NCBI GenBank assembly: GCA_965262915.1
Contig: OZ253564.1
Span: forward strand, 3,168,001-3,232,000
Source of the DNA: Candidatus Spongiisociaceae bacterium
GTDB taxonomy: Bacteria > Actinomycetota > Acidimicrobiia > Spongiisociales > Spongiisociaceae
Direction: 5' to 3'
Length of the DNA: 64,000 nucleotides
In this document: piece after piece, positions 28,488-38,304 of the stretch
Layout: each line of letters begins with the position of its first letter
Numbering within the stretch: position 1 is the stretch's first letter
The notes under the pieces: generated by a model
Database searches by the model: none
What the model was told of the DNA's origin: nothing
What the model saw: the letters and a program-made list of their open reading frames with translations, nothing else
Made by a program: the position numbers and the translations under genes

Positions 28488-29351
28488 TCACCGGTCATCG
28501 ATCACCCGGGCGCCGTGGTCGAGAGTCTCCGCCGCGAAGGTGGAGCGCGCCTCGACAGGTACCAGAGCCAGCGCCTCGGTCGCCTCCTCCTGGTTGGCGA
28601 AGAACCCGAACAGGGCCGGACCGCTCCCCGACATGAGCACCGGGCGGTCCCAGCGATCCACCAACTCGGCCCGCCAGTCGTCCAGCACCGGTGCGGCCCA
28701 CACCGCCGCCGGGTAGAGATCGTTGGACAGTGGTCCGTGGCCGCGGATACCGGGCGGGAGGTCGTGTCCCACGGCGCGCGGGCCTTCCGGCCCTCCCAGC
28801 AGGTCCCATACCTCGTATATCCGGCGGGTCTCGAGCGGGAACGGCGGTACCGCCACCACCACCCAGAAACCGTTGCTCGCTCCGATCGGCGATCCCAACA
28901 TCTCGCCATACCCATGTATCCAGCGCAGACCCCCGTACAGGCAGAAGGTGACATCAGCGCCGATCGATGCAGCCGGACGGTCTAACCGGCCGCGGCCGGC
29001 GCCGATCAGTCTTCCGTACAGGAGCAGCGCGGCGGCTGCATCGGAACTGCCTCCCGCGAGCCCCGCCGCAACGGGGATGCGCTTCCAGAGCCGGAAGGCG
29101 GCCCACCGGTGATCACCGGTTCGCTCCCTCAGGGCCTCCACCGCCTTCCAGACCAGGTTCTCCTCACCGGAGGGAAGCTGGGCCCCGTGGACGACGAGGG
29201 AATCCGAGTCGGCCGGCTCCATCGTCAAGATGTCGTACCAACCGATCGACTGCGTCAGACCCCGGACCGGGTGGAGTCCGGTGGCGTCCTTGGGCCGCAC
29301 CTGCAGCGAGAGGTTGAGCTTGGCAGGGGCCGTTGCCCGGGTGACGGTCAT
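28488..29351 (-). CDS. ispE: 4-diphosphocytidyl-2-C-methyl-D-erythritol kinase
   Basis: APAKLNLSL, KRIPVAAGLAGGSSDAAA, GADV, NDL, MSGSGP. Confidence 0.93.
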   Translation of the reverse strand: MTVTRATAPAKLNLSLQVRPKDATGLHPVRGLTQSIGWYDILTMEPADSDSLVVHGAQLPSGEENLVWKAVEALRERTGDHRWAAFRLWKRIPVAAGLAGGSSDAAAALLLYGRLIGAGRGRLDRPAASIGADVTFCLYGGLRWIHGYGEMLGSPIGASNGFWVVVAVPPFPLETRRIYEVWDLLGGPEGPRAVGHDLPPGIRGHGPLSNDLYPAAVWAAPVLDDWRAELVDRWDRPVLMSGSGPALFGFFANQEEATEALALVPVEARSTFAAETLDHGARVIDDR

Positions 29352-30172
29352 CGGGCCGCAGTTCCGATGGCCGCGGCTATGTCCAGAAACCGCTCCGCGC
29401 TCAGGTTCTCGGCCCGGAGCGAGGGTTCGATCCCGGCCTCACGGAGCCGGTCGGCCACCGGATGGGGGACCACCGATCCGAGCGAGGATCGCAGCATCTT
29501 GCGCCGCCGCCCGAAGCCCGCCGCCGCCAGGCGGACCGCCAGGTCGCGAAGCGGACCGGGAGGAGCCGTGCGCCGGATCACGACCACCGCCGAGTCGACG
29601 TTGGGAGCCGGGAGAAACACCTGGGGAGGAACCCGGAACTCGAGACGTGCGGCGCCGTAGAGCGCCACCACGACGCTGGGCAAGCCGTAGGTCTTCGATC
29701 CGGGCCGGGCGGTGAGGCGCTCGGCAACCTCGCGCTGGACCATAACCACGCATCGCTCCAGACCGGGCGCCCCCCTCAGAAGATCCAGGAGGATCGATGT
29801 CCCGACCTGGTACGGAAGGTTGGCGACCAGTGCCCAGCGTTGACCTGCCCCCAGTTCCGCGGCATCCAGGCAGGCCGCATCCTCGAAGCGCAGGTCCACG
29901 TCCGATCCTGCCAGCACCTCGCTGATGAGGGGTCTCAAGCGCTCGTCGATCTCGAAGCCGGTCACCGCGAACCCCGCCTCCACCAGAGCGCGCGTGAGAG
30001 TTCCGGTTCCCACTCCCACTTCAAGGACTCTGACGCCTGCCGGGTCACCCGCCAGGGCCACGATCTTGGAAGTGATGTTGGGGTCGGCGAGGAAGTGCTG
30101 ACCGAGCCGCCGGCGTGGCTCGATCCCGTGCCGCGCCAGCAACCCGCCGATCTCGGAGCGGGTCTGGCTCAC
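29348..30172 (-). CDS. rsmA: 16S rRNA A1518/A1519 dimethyltransferase
   Basis: LGQHFL, LEVGVGTGTLT, VANLPY, MVQREVAERL, RAENLS. Confidence 0.95.
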   Translation of the reverse strand: MSQTRSEIGGLLARHGIEPRRRLGQHFLADPNITSKIVALAGDPAGVRVLEVGVGTGTLTRALVEAGFAVTGFEIDERLRPLISEVLAGSDVDLRFEDAACLDAAELGAGQRWALVANLPYQVGTSILLDLLRGAPGLERCVVMVQREVAERLTARPGSKTYGLPSVVVALYGAARLEFRVPPQVFLPAPNVDSAVVVIRRTAPPGPLRDLAVRLAAAGFGRRRKMLRSSLGSVVPHPVADRLREAGIEPSLRAENLSAERFLDIAAAIGTAAR

Positions 30173-30918
30173 AATCCGAACACCTCGACGGCCCGCTCAC
30201 CGGTGAGCAGGGCGACCTCCGCCGGATCCAAACCCCACACGTCTCCCAAGGCCGCCCCGACCAGCGCGACGTGCGCCGGCTCGTTCGGCTCTCCCCGATA
30301 GGGAACAGGCGCCAGGTAAGGCGTGTCGGTCTCCACGACCGTCCGGTCGGGGGGTACGACCGCCGCCCCCCTGCGCACCGTATCCCCGGTCTCGAAGGTC
30401 ACCGGACCCGCGAAGGAGAACGTGACCCCCAACTCGGCAAACCTCCGGGACCACCTGGGACCCCCCGTCCAGCAGTGGAGCACCACCCAAGGCCCGGCAC
30501 CGTCCCGTTCGAGTACTTCGTAGATCTGGCGAAAGGCGTCTCGGCAGTGGACGACGAGCGGTTTGCTCATGTCGAGGGCCAGCCTATGGTGCGCGACGAA
30601 GCTCTCCATCTGGGCGGCCGGTGGTGACAGATTGCGGTAGAAGTCGAGTCCGGTCTCGCCGATGGCCACCGCCTCCTCCATCAACCCGATGAGTCCGCTC
30701 CTCTCCCGGCCCCATCGCGATGCCTCGTGGGGATGGAGGCCGGCGGTGAACGAGATCCGCCCCCGAAAACGCAGAGCAAGCTCCCTGGCCGCCCGGCTGG
30801 TGGCGAGATCCACCCCGGGAACCACCACATGCTTCACGTCGCTTGCCCGATCGAGAAGCAGGCCCGGATCCCGCGCGTCGAGTTGAAGATGGCAGTGTGT
30901 GTCGACCCATCGGCCCAT
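30169..30918 (-). CDS. tatD: TatD family hydrolase
   Basis: Start MGRWVDTHCHL at 30918; GLHPH, IGETGLD, LHCWTG, VETDTPYL. Confidence 0.93.
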   Translation of the reverse strand: MGRWVDTHCHLQLDARDPGLLLDRASDVKHVVVPGVDLATSRAARELALRFRGRISFTAGLHPHEASRWGRERSGLIGLMEEAVAIGETGLDFYRNLSPPAAQMESFVAHHRLALDMSKPLVVHCRDAFRQIYEVLERDGAGPWVVLHCWTGGPRWSRRFAELGVTFSFAGPVTFETGDTVRRGAAVVPPDRTVVETDTPYLAPVPYRGEPNEPAHVALVGAALGDVWGLDPAEVALLTGERAVEVFGL

Positions 30919-30974
30919 GCCGCGAGCGTAGCGATGAGTCGGTGGCCGGTTGGTCGGCAGCAGCGGTCGGTTGG

Positions 30975-31799
30975 TCAGCGCCGGAGCACGGCCTCGTAGA
31001 GGGCTCGGCGGCCGAGTCCGAGGGCGTTGGCCACCTCCCGGACCGCTCCCGACATCTGGTGCCCCTCGCCCATCAGGTTCATGACCTCTTGGACGGCCTT
31101 GTCGATCGGCGTCACGGATCCCGGCGATCCTTCCACCACCAGCGTGAACTCGCCTCGCGGAGCCCGCCGGGTCCACTCAGTCACCGCCTCCTCGAGTGTC
31201 CCGCACCACACCTCCTCGTGTGCCTTGGTCAGCTCGCGGGCCACCGTGACGGGGCGGTCCCCGCCCAGCGTCCGTGCCAGCTCGGACAGATCGGTCGTGA
31301 CCCGCGCGGTGGCCGAGAAGAGGACGACGGTGCGGGTCTCGGCGGCCAGTTGCTCCAGACGCGCCGACCGTTCCCTCCCCTTGCGGGGAAGGAAGCCTTC
31401 GAAGACGAAGCGGTGCGAGTCCAGGCCGGATACGGACAGAGCCGCCACCACTGCGCTAGGTCCCGGTACCACCGATACAGCGGCGCCGGCCCGGCGAGCT
31501 ACGCGCACCGCCGTGAGGCCGGGATCGGCCACCCCCGGCATCCCGGCGTCGGAGATGAGGGCAACTGTCGCGCCTCCTTCCAGCAGACGGACCAACCGTC
31601 CTGACCGCCGCGACTCGTTGCCCGCGAAGTACGACTGCGGTCTGGTACGCACACCCAGATGGTCCAGGAGAACCCGCGCCCGTCGGGTGTCCTCGGCAAA
31701 GATGGCATCGGCGGACTCGAGCGCCTCGCCGAGCCGGGGAGAGGCATCACCCAGGTGGCCGATCGGGGTACCGCACAGTACGAGATGTCCCCTGATCAT
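30975..31799 (-). CDS. rsmI: 16S rRNA C1402 2'-O-methyltransferase
   Basis: GTPIGHLGD, AEDTR, SDAGMPGVADPG, PGPSA, FEGFLP, ARELTK. Confidence 0.95.
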   Translation of the reverse strand: MIRGHLVLCGTPIGHLGDASPRLGEALESADAIFAEDTRRARVLLDHLGVRTRPQSYFAGNESRRSGRLVRLLEGGATVALISDAGMPGVADPGLTAVRVARRAGAAVSVVPGPSAVVAALSVSGLDSHRFVFEGFLPRKGRERSARLEQLAAETRTVVLFSATARVTTDLSELARTLGGDRPVTVARELTKAHEEVWCGTLEEAVTEWTRRAPRGEFTLVVEGSPGSVTPIDKAVQEVMNLMGEGHQMSGAVREVANALGLGRRALYEAVLRR

Positions 31800-33229
31800 A
31801 TCCCGACGCCGATCTGGCGGACGACCAAGCGCCCTACCTCGGGATCGGAAGCTATCAGGAAGGTGATCAGATCCACGTCCCAGGCGAGCATGGCATAGTC
31901 GGCACCCTCCACCCATTCGGTGACCGTGTCGAACACCCTGGAGGATCCGATCTGCATACCGGAGGTGATCAGGTTGCGGATCGCGGCGTTCATCTCCGAC
32001 TCGTCGGCGAACGAGTCGGCGGCGTAACGGATCACGAACACCAACCCACCGGTGTCGGGTTCCCACAGGATCTGGTAATGGTCGCCACCCCACCCGTCGG
32101 CTGCCCGAGCGGCCGCCACCGTACCGCTATGACGGTCCAGCATCGCCTTCCAGCGGCGCTCCCCCCAGGTCCCCTGCTCCACCACGGTGTATCCCTCCAC
32201 CTCGACGGCCGGCGGATCGACCTCGATCCCCGGCTCGAGCCGCCGGTACCGGTCGATGTGGAGAACCTGCTCGGTGGTATTCGGCGGGCGGTCGAGGGCC
32301 TGGTCGAGCGCCGCCATACCGCCCAACCGGTACAGCTCGGCCGCCAGGAACGATCCGGCCCGTGAGGGGAACCGAGCCAGTTCGCGGAGCATCGACGGCG
32401 CCTCGTCCAGTACCGACCGGTACCGTTCTCCCACCTGTCCGGCAGCCTGTGCCCTCCGTTCGGGGGGCAGCGAGTCGAGGTACAACGACTGGACAAGAAG
32501 CGCCTCTCCCTCGAGCAGAGCGATCCGCGCCGCCAGCCGGTCGGGATCCTGACCGACCGCCGAGAGATTGCCAACCACCAGCGGGTTGCGCTGGTGGGCC
32601 AGGGCATGCACCAACTCACCGACCAGCACCCACTTCTGGTATTCGTCCAGCGGCGCCCCACCGGTGGGTATCACGACCCTGGCGCGGGCGAAATCGTAGA
32701 AGGGTTCGGGTACAGGAGCCGCCAGAGCGGCCAGCACCGCCCCCAGATCGGCGTCCGCAGGCATACCGAGGAGTTCGAAGAAAGCGCTCTGCCACCGCAC
32801 GGATTCCCGGCGGGATTCGCGAGAGGGATCGGGCGTGCGCTCGGCCAACTCCTCGGGCGTGACGGCCTCGAAGCTCGGTCGGCGGGCGAACGTGCGCCCT
32901 CGCAGGGTCTCGGTGACACCCATCAACTCCTCGACCTGGCGGGCCAACTCCTGCGGTAGGGACCAAGGGAGGGTGGTGGTCGTCGTGCTCGGGGCGGGCG
33001 CCCTGGTAGTGGTGCTGGTCGGAGCCGTCGCGGTAGGACCGTCCGTCGCGGAAGGGGTCGTCACCCGGGTGGTCGTGGTCACCGGGGTGGCATCGGTGGT
33101 CGGGGCGGTGGCATCGGTGGTCTCGGACGGTGCCTCACCCGTATCCGAACGGCACCCGGCGGCCGCCGCACACAGGGTCGAGACCAAGCCCACGACTGCT
33201 ACGAGGCGGAGGGTGGATAGGGCGGTCAT
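31796..33229 (-). CDS. Putative lipoprotein with Thr-rich linker and degenerate zincin-like domain
   Basis: Signal peptide ending AAAGC, TTT/Pro linker, VLVGELVHAL...ALLEGEA, PPNTTEQVLH, AADGWGGD. Confidence 0.7.
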   Translation of the reverse strand: MTALSTLRLVAVVGLVSTLCAAAAGCRSDTGEAPSETTDATAPTTDATPVTTTTRVTTPSATDGPTATAPTSTTTRAPAPSTTTTTLPWSLPQELARQVEELMGVTETLRGRTFARRPSFEAVTPEELAERTPDPSRESRRESVRWQSAFFELLGMPADADLGAVLAALAAPVPEPFYDFARARVVIPTGGAPLDEYQKWVLVGELVHALAHQRNPLVVGNLSAVGQDPDRLAARIALLEGEALLVQSLYLDSLPPERRAQAAGQVGERYRSVLDEAPSMLRELARFPSRAGSFLAAELYRLGGMAALDQALDRPPNTTEQVLHIDRYRRLEPGIEVDPPAVEVEGYTVVEQGTWGERRWKAMLDRHSGTVAAARAADGWGGDHYQILWEPDTGGLVFVIRYAADSFADESEMNAAIRNLITSGMQIGSSRVFDTVTEWVEGADYAMLAWDVDLITFLIASDPEVGRLVVRQIGVGI

Positions 33230-33260
33230 AGCGCCGCCGAGCGTAGCCGCAAGCGGCCTC

Positions 33261-33357
33261 GTGGTCTGTCTGCAAGGCAACTCGGCGTGCTCTGCTTGCC
33301 ATCGCGACGCCCCACGCTGCCGCCGCATACCATGCAGCGATTTCGCAGACAGACCAC
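33261..33357. repeat. TAGTGGTCTGTC family element, copy 5, between divergent lipoprotein and radical SAM genes
   Basis: gtggtctgtctgcaaggcaactc...tttcgcagacagaccac. Confidence 0.8.
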
Positions 33358-33394
33358 CGGCGTAGGATTGCCCCATGCCGTACCGCGGGATGCA

Positions 33395-34771
33395 ATGCGC
33401 GTCGCCCTGATCTCCACCTACGAACTCGGTCGACAGCCGGTCCACCTGGCTTCCCCGGCCGCGCGCCTCAGGGCCGCCGGTCACGAGGTACGAACGCTCG
33501 ACCTGGCGGTGGACCCATGGGACGAGGAGTTGGTCGGTTGGGCCGAAGCGGTGGCGTTCAGCACCCCGATGCACACCGCGTTACGCCTGGCCAACGTGGT
33601 CGCCGACCGTATCAGGGCGCGCCGGGGCGACGTTCCCCTGGCGGTCTACGGCCTCTACGCCGCCGTGGCGGGGGCGGATGCCCCGTTCAGCCGGGCGATA
33701 GCCGGGGAATACGAGCGTGAACTGGTGGATTGGGTGACATCGATCCAGGATGGAGTCCCATCGACCGGAACCACCGTGTTCAGGGGCCGCTCCACGTTCC
33801 TGCAGCCGGATCGGTTCGATCTCCCGGGGCTCGAACGGTACGCACAGCTCGAGATCGGGGCGAGCCGAATGCTGGTGGGATCGGTGGAGGCAAGCCACGG
33901 ATGCATGCACAAGTGCCGGCACTGCCCGCTCCCCACCGTCTACGACGGGCGGTTCAGGGCCGTCCCCGCGAGGACCGTTCTGGCAGATATCGAACGTCTG
34001 GTCGAAGCAGGGGCCGGTCACATCACCTTCGGCGACGCCGACTTCTTCAACGGCCCGCGGCACTCGTTGAGGATCGTCGCCGAGATGAGGCGCCGCTGGC
34101 CGCAGGTGACCTACGACGCCACCATCAAGGTCGAGCACTTGAAGCGATTCGAGCGAGAACTTCCCACGCTGGCGGAGACCGGATGCCTCTTCGTGGTCTC
34201 AGCCTTCGAAACGCTCAACGACCGTATCCTCACCATCCTCGACAAGGGCCATACGGCCCGGGATGCCGCTGTGGTCATCCACACCACCCGCCGAGCCGGG
34301 TTCGAGCTCCGCCCGACCTGGCTCCCCTTCACGCCGTGGACCTCCCTAGGCGACGTGGGCGACATCTTCTCGTTCATCGTGACCCACGACCTGGTGGAAC
34401 TGACCGATCCGGTGCAACTCAGCATCCGCCTTCTGGTGCCCCGCGGGTCGTTACTGACCGAAGATCCGGCCTTCGTTCCCCATCGCGGTGACTACGACCC
34501 TGGCGCCGCCACCTACCGGTGGGTATCACCCGACCGCCGGGTGAACGAACTGGGCGTCCGGCTCGCCCGGAACGCCGAAGAGGGCACCGACCACCCACCG
34601 GCCACCACCTTCGCCCGCATGTGGAGAGTCGTGCTGGAGGCCACCGGAGAGGATCCGGGCCTGGCCGACGCTCTCCCCCACGGCGCCACTGCCGGGAGAC
34701 CCAGGCTCACCGAGCCGTGGTTCTGCTGAGCGGAACCCACCGCGGACCAGTTGGGTTCGCTTCCCGGTTAG
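33395..34771 (+). CDS. CUAEP-tail radical SAM selenoprotein (TGA 34727-34729 read as Sec)
   Basis: Start MRVALISTYELG; N-terminal B12-binding-like region; CMHKCRHC motif; read-through gives EPWFC-U-AEPTADQLGSLPG, stop TAG 34769-34771. Confidence 0.85.
34730..34760 (+). promoter_or_regulatory. Candidate bacterial SECIS hairpin directly 3' of the in-frame TGA
   Basis: gcgGAACCCA ccgcggaccagt TGGGTTCgc. Confidence 0.6.
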
Positions 34772-35005
34772 GTGTCAGGTGTCAGGTGTGCTAACTCATG
34801 CTGGGAAGTCACTACCAGCAACCAGCCCTGGCTCTTCAGACACACGGGCCGATGTTCCACTATCGGCCGGGTGAAGTCGACAAGTGCGCTCAGTCGCCGC
34901 TCACTCTGGGAGTGAAACGGCTGTACGGGACACCGGGCTCGTCAACACTCAGAAACCCCAGGTCAGAGGTCCCAGCCCCACCGGTAACCGGTGACCAGCG
35001 ACTGC

Positions 35006-36451
35006 TTACCATGCCAGATACTTGAGTTCCAGGTACTCCTCCATACCGTGGTGGCTTCCCTCTCGCCCCACACCTGACTGCTTGACGCCGCCGAACGGAG
35101 CAGCCGCATCGGAGATCAGGCCCCGGTTGAGAGCGACCATGCCCGACTCGATCGCCTCGGCTACCCGAAACGCACGCCTGACGTCGCCGGTGTAGACATA
35201 GGAGATGAGACCGTGCTCCGTATCGTTGGCGGCCGTGATCGCTTCCTCCTCGGTCTCGAAGGAGACGATCGGCGCCACCGGACCGAAGATCTCGTGGTCC
35301 AGGATCAACGAGTCGGGCGCGACCTCCGAGAGCACGGTCGGTTCGTAGAAGTATCCGGGTCCGTCCGGCGCCCGGCCGCCCGTACGGACGGTGGCATCGG
35401 CGTCCACCGCGCTCGTCACCAGGTAGTCGATCTTCTCGATAGCCCGGGCATTGATCATCGGACCCACCTGGTTGGCCCGGTCGATGCCGGGACCCATCCG
35501 CAGTATCGACATCGCCTCGGTCAGGCGGGACGTGAACGCCTCGGCAACTCCCGCCTGGACGTAGAAACGGTTGGCCGCCACGCAGGTCTCCCCCGCGTTG
35601 CGCATCTTGGCGACCATCGCACCCTCGATGGCGGATCCGATATCGGCATCGTCGAACACGACGAAAGGAGCGTTGCCGCCCAGTTCCATGCTGGTGCGCA
35701 GGATCCGCCTACCGGCCTTGGCCATCAGCAACCTGCCCACCTCGGTCGACCCGGTAAAGGACAGCTTCCGCACCCGCGGGTCTTCGAGCATCGTGTCCAC
35801 CACACCCGATGAACCCCGAGCAGCGACCACGTTGACCACACCGGGCGGGAGCCCGGCCTCCGTGAGAATGTCCGCCACGGCCAGGGCGGAGAGGGGCGTG
35901 TCCGAAGCGGGCTTGAGGATGGTGGTGCAACCGGCCGCCAGAGCCGGTCCCAGCTTGCGGGTCGCCATTGCCGAGGGGAAGTTCCATGGAGTGACCATGA
36001 GGGAGATCCCGACCGGCTCCGGCACGACGATTATCCGCTTGTCACCCGCCGGCGCAGTGCGGAACTCGCCTGTGATCCGGACCGCCTCCTCCGAGAACCA
36101 CCGGAAGAACTCGGCCGCGTAGCGAACTTCGCCGAGCGCGTCCGAATAGGTCTTCCCGTTCTCCAACACGATCAACTCGGCCAGCTGCTCCTCCCGATCG
36201 AGCATGGTCTCGTACGATCGACGCAGGATCTCGCTCCGCACCCGTGGCGCGGTGGCGGCCCACTCCGGTGCCGCAGCCGCAGCCGCGTCCACGGCCGCTC
36301 GCGCCTGATCACGACCTGCTATCGCCACGGCCGCGAATACCTGCTCGGTTGCGGGGTCGATGACATCGAGTTCGCCATCCCCCTCGGCCCACTCACCCCC
36401 GATATGGAGACGGGTCCTGGGACCCCCCAACAGTTCATCCACTACCGACAT
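35006..36451 (-). CDS. gabD: NAD(P)-dependent succinate-semialdehyde dehydrogenase
   Basis: TPWNFP, SFTGSTEVG, MELGGNAPF, KMRNAGETCVAANR, EIFGP, FGGVKQSG. Confidence 0.85.
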   Translation of the reverse strand: MSVVDELLGGPRTRLHIGGEWAEGDGELDVIDPATEQVFAAVAIAGRDQARAAVDAAAAAAPEWAATAPRVRSEILRRSYETMLDREEQLAELIVLENGKTYSDALGEVRYAAEFFRWFSEEAVRITGEFRTAPAGDKRIIVVPEPVGISLMVTPWNFPSAMATRKLGPALAAGCTTILKPASDTPLSALAVADILTEAGLPPGVVNVVAARGSSGVVDTMLEDPRVRKLSFTGSTEVGRLLMAKAGRRILRTSMELGGNAPFVVFDDADIGSAIEGAMVAKMRNAGETCVAANRFYVQAGVAEAFTSRLTEAMSILRMGPGIDRANQVGPMINARAIEKIDYLVTSAVDADATVRTGGRAPDGPGYFYEPTVLSEVAPDSLILDHEIFGPVAPIVSFETEEEAITAANDTEHGLISYVYTGDVRRAFRVAEAIESGMVALNRGLISDAAAPFGGVKQSGVGREGSHHGMEEYLELKYLAW

Positions 36452-36475
36452 TCGTCCCTCCTATGAGACCGCTGA

Positions 36476-38191
36476 TCAGAAGCCCAAGAATCCGGCCAGG
36501 TCGGCGGCCACTCTCTCGGCCTCCCGGACGAGACCCTCCTCGAGCGCGAACGGGTTGCCGCCTTCCGGCACCGGGGCCTGCACGTCCACGTAGATCTTAA
36601 GCTTCGGCTCGGTACCGCTCGGACGGACCAGCACCCGGCTACCGTCCTCGAGGGTCAGAGCCACCAACGGGGTGGGGCCCAGCCAGCGAGGACGATCCTC
36701 CGCACCCACCCGGTAGTCGGTGGTGTCCGTCACCGCCACCCCTCCGACCTCGCGGGGCGGTTCTGCTCCCAAACGCGCCATCGCATCCCCGATAGCTGCC
36801 ATCCCGGCCACCCCCGGCCGCCGGATGCTCCTCTGAACCGACACCCACAGCCCAAAGCGACGGTACAGATCAGCGAGCAGATCCGGAACGGTTCTTCCCT
36901 CGGCCCGGCACCGGGCAGCCAGGTCCGCCATCACCAGTGCCGCCGACACACCGTCCTTGTCCCTCACCACTGCCCCGACCGAATAGCCGAGCGCCTCCTC
37001 GTAGCCGAAGGCCAAGGATGCCTCACCTGTCGCCTCGATATCGAGAGCCGCGTTGGCGATCCACTTGAATCCGGTGAGCGTGGTCTCGAACCGGGCGCCG
37101 TGGGCAGCCCCGATGAGGGCGGTCATCGGGGAGCTGACGATCGAGTTGACCACCAAGGGCGGGGGGTCGCCTCGCTTGCTCGACAGTATGTAGTCGGCCA
37201 GCAGAGCGCCCACCTGATTTCCCGTGAGCTGCACCCAGCCCGCAGCGCCGGGCACCGCCACCGCCAGGCGGTCCGCGTCGGGATCGTTGGCCAGCACGAT
37301 GTCGGCACCAACCCGCTCTGCCAGTTCCAGGGAGAGGTCCAGAGCCCCGGGTTCCTCAGGATTGGGAAACGCGACCGTCGGGAACCTCCCGTCGGGTTCC
37401 ACCTGCTCGACGACCGGATGCACATCCTCGTACCCGGCCCGGGACAGCGCGTCGCGGACGTACCGCCAGCCGACCCCGTGCAGCGGGGTGTAGACGATCC
37501 GGAGTCCCGGATCACCGGCGGGCGGGGATCGGAGGCGGGCAATGTCCCGGTAGTAGTCCTCCAGCAACCGCGGCCCGACGGGGCTAACCGCCGCGGGGCC
37601 GCCATCCTGCGCCGCGGGGTCCCGAGGCACGTCGATCGCCGCACCCACCCGGTCGATCGCGGCGGCTATAGCCGAGTCGATCGGTGGGATGATCTGGGCT
37701 CCGTTGCCGTCGTAGACCTTGTAGCCGTTGTCCCGGGGAGGGTTGTGGCTGGCGGTGATCGCTATGCCGGCGGAGCCGCCCAGTTCCGAGACCGCGTAGG
37801 CGACCAGCGGGGTGGGAACCTCGTCCTCCCAGAACCGCACCTCGAGACCGGCAGCCGCCAGGACCGCGACCGTGTCCCGCATGAAACGATGGCTGGACAG
37901 CCGCGCATCTCTCCCCACGACCACCGGCCCTGGTGGGACACCCCCGTGGCGATCCAGCAGGAACTCGGCCAGACCCCTGGTCGTACGTATCACCGACGCC
38001 CTGTTCATCCGGTTGGACCCCGCCTCTACGGCTCCCCGCAGCCCGGCAGTCCCGAACGCGAGCGTCCCGTCCATCCGCTCGGCCAACTCATCGACATCGC
38101 CTGTCTCGATCAGGGTTCTCAGCTCGGCCCTCGTGGACGGGTCGGGGTCTGCGGCCATCCATGCCCGGGCCCGATCCAGGAGATCCTCCAT
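36476..38191 (-). CDS. Phosphoglucomutase/phosphomannomutase family protein
   Basis: FGTAGLRG, TASHNP, DPDADR, GYEEA, RPSGTEPK. Confidence 0.92.
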   Translation of the reverse strand: MEDLLDRARAWMAADPDPSTRAELRTLIETGDVDELAERMDGTLAFGTAGLRGAVEAGSNRMNRASVIRTTRGLAEFLLDRHGGVPPGPVVVGRDARLSSHRFMRDTVAVLAAAGLEVRFWEDEVPTPLVAYAVSELGGSAGIAITASHNPPRDNGYKVYDGNGAQIIPPIDSAIAAAIDRVGAAIDVPRDPAAQDGGPAAVSPVGPRLLEDYYRDIARLRSPPAGDPGLRIVYTPLHGVGWRYVRDALSRAGYEDVHPVVEQVEPDGRFPTVAFPNPEEPGALDLSLELAERVGADIVLANDPDADRLAVAVPGAAGWVQLTGNQVGALLADYILSSKRGDPPPLVVNSIVSSPMTALIGAAHGARFETTLTGFKWIANAALDIEATGEASLAFGYEEALGYSVGAVVRDKDGVSAALVMADLAARCRAEGRTVPDLLADLYRRFGLWVSVQRSIRRPGVAGMAAIGDAMARLGAEPPREVGGVAVTDTTDYRVGAEDRPRWLGPTPLVALTLEDGSRVLVRPSGTEPKLKIYVDVQAPVPEGGNPFALEEGLVREAERVAADLAGFLGF

Positions 38192-38304
38192 GCCGTGACC
38201 CTAACCAGTGGCCGACCGCCCTCGAGAACAACCGGCATCGCAAGGTCGTCCTCCGGCAACTGATCCGGTGGTGGCCGGGAGCCGACCGGATGGCCGATGG
38301 TCAC

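Noticed and set aside
34798-35025. 75-aa ORF downstream of the selenoprotein gene as a precursor peptide
   Set aside because: No clear RBS, overlaps the gabD end and heptamer repeats, no recognisable motif.
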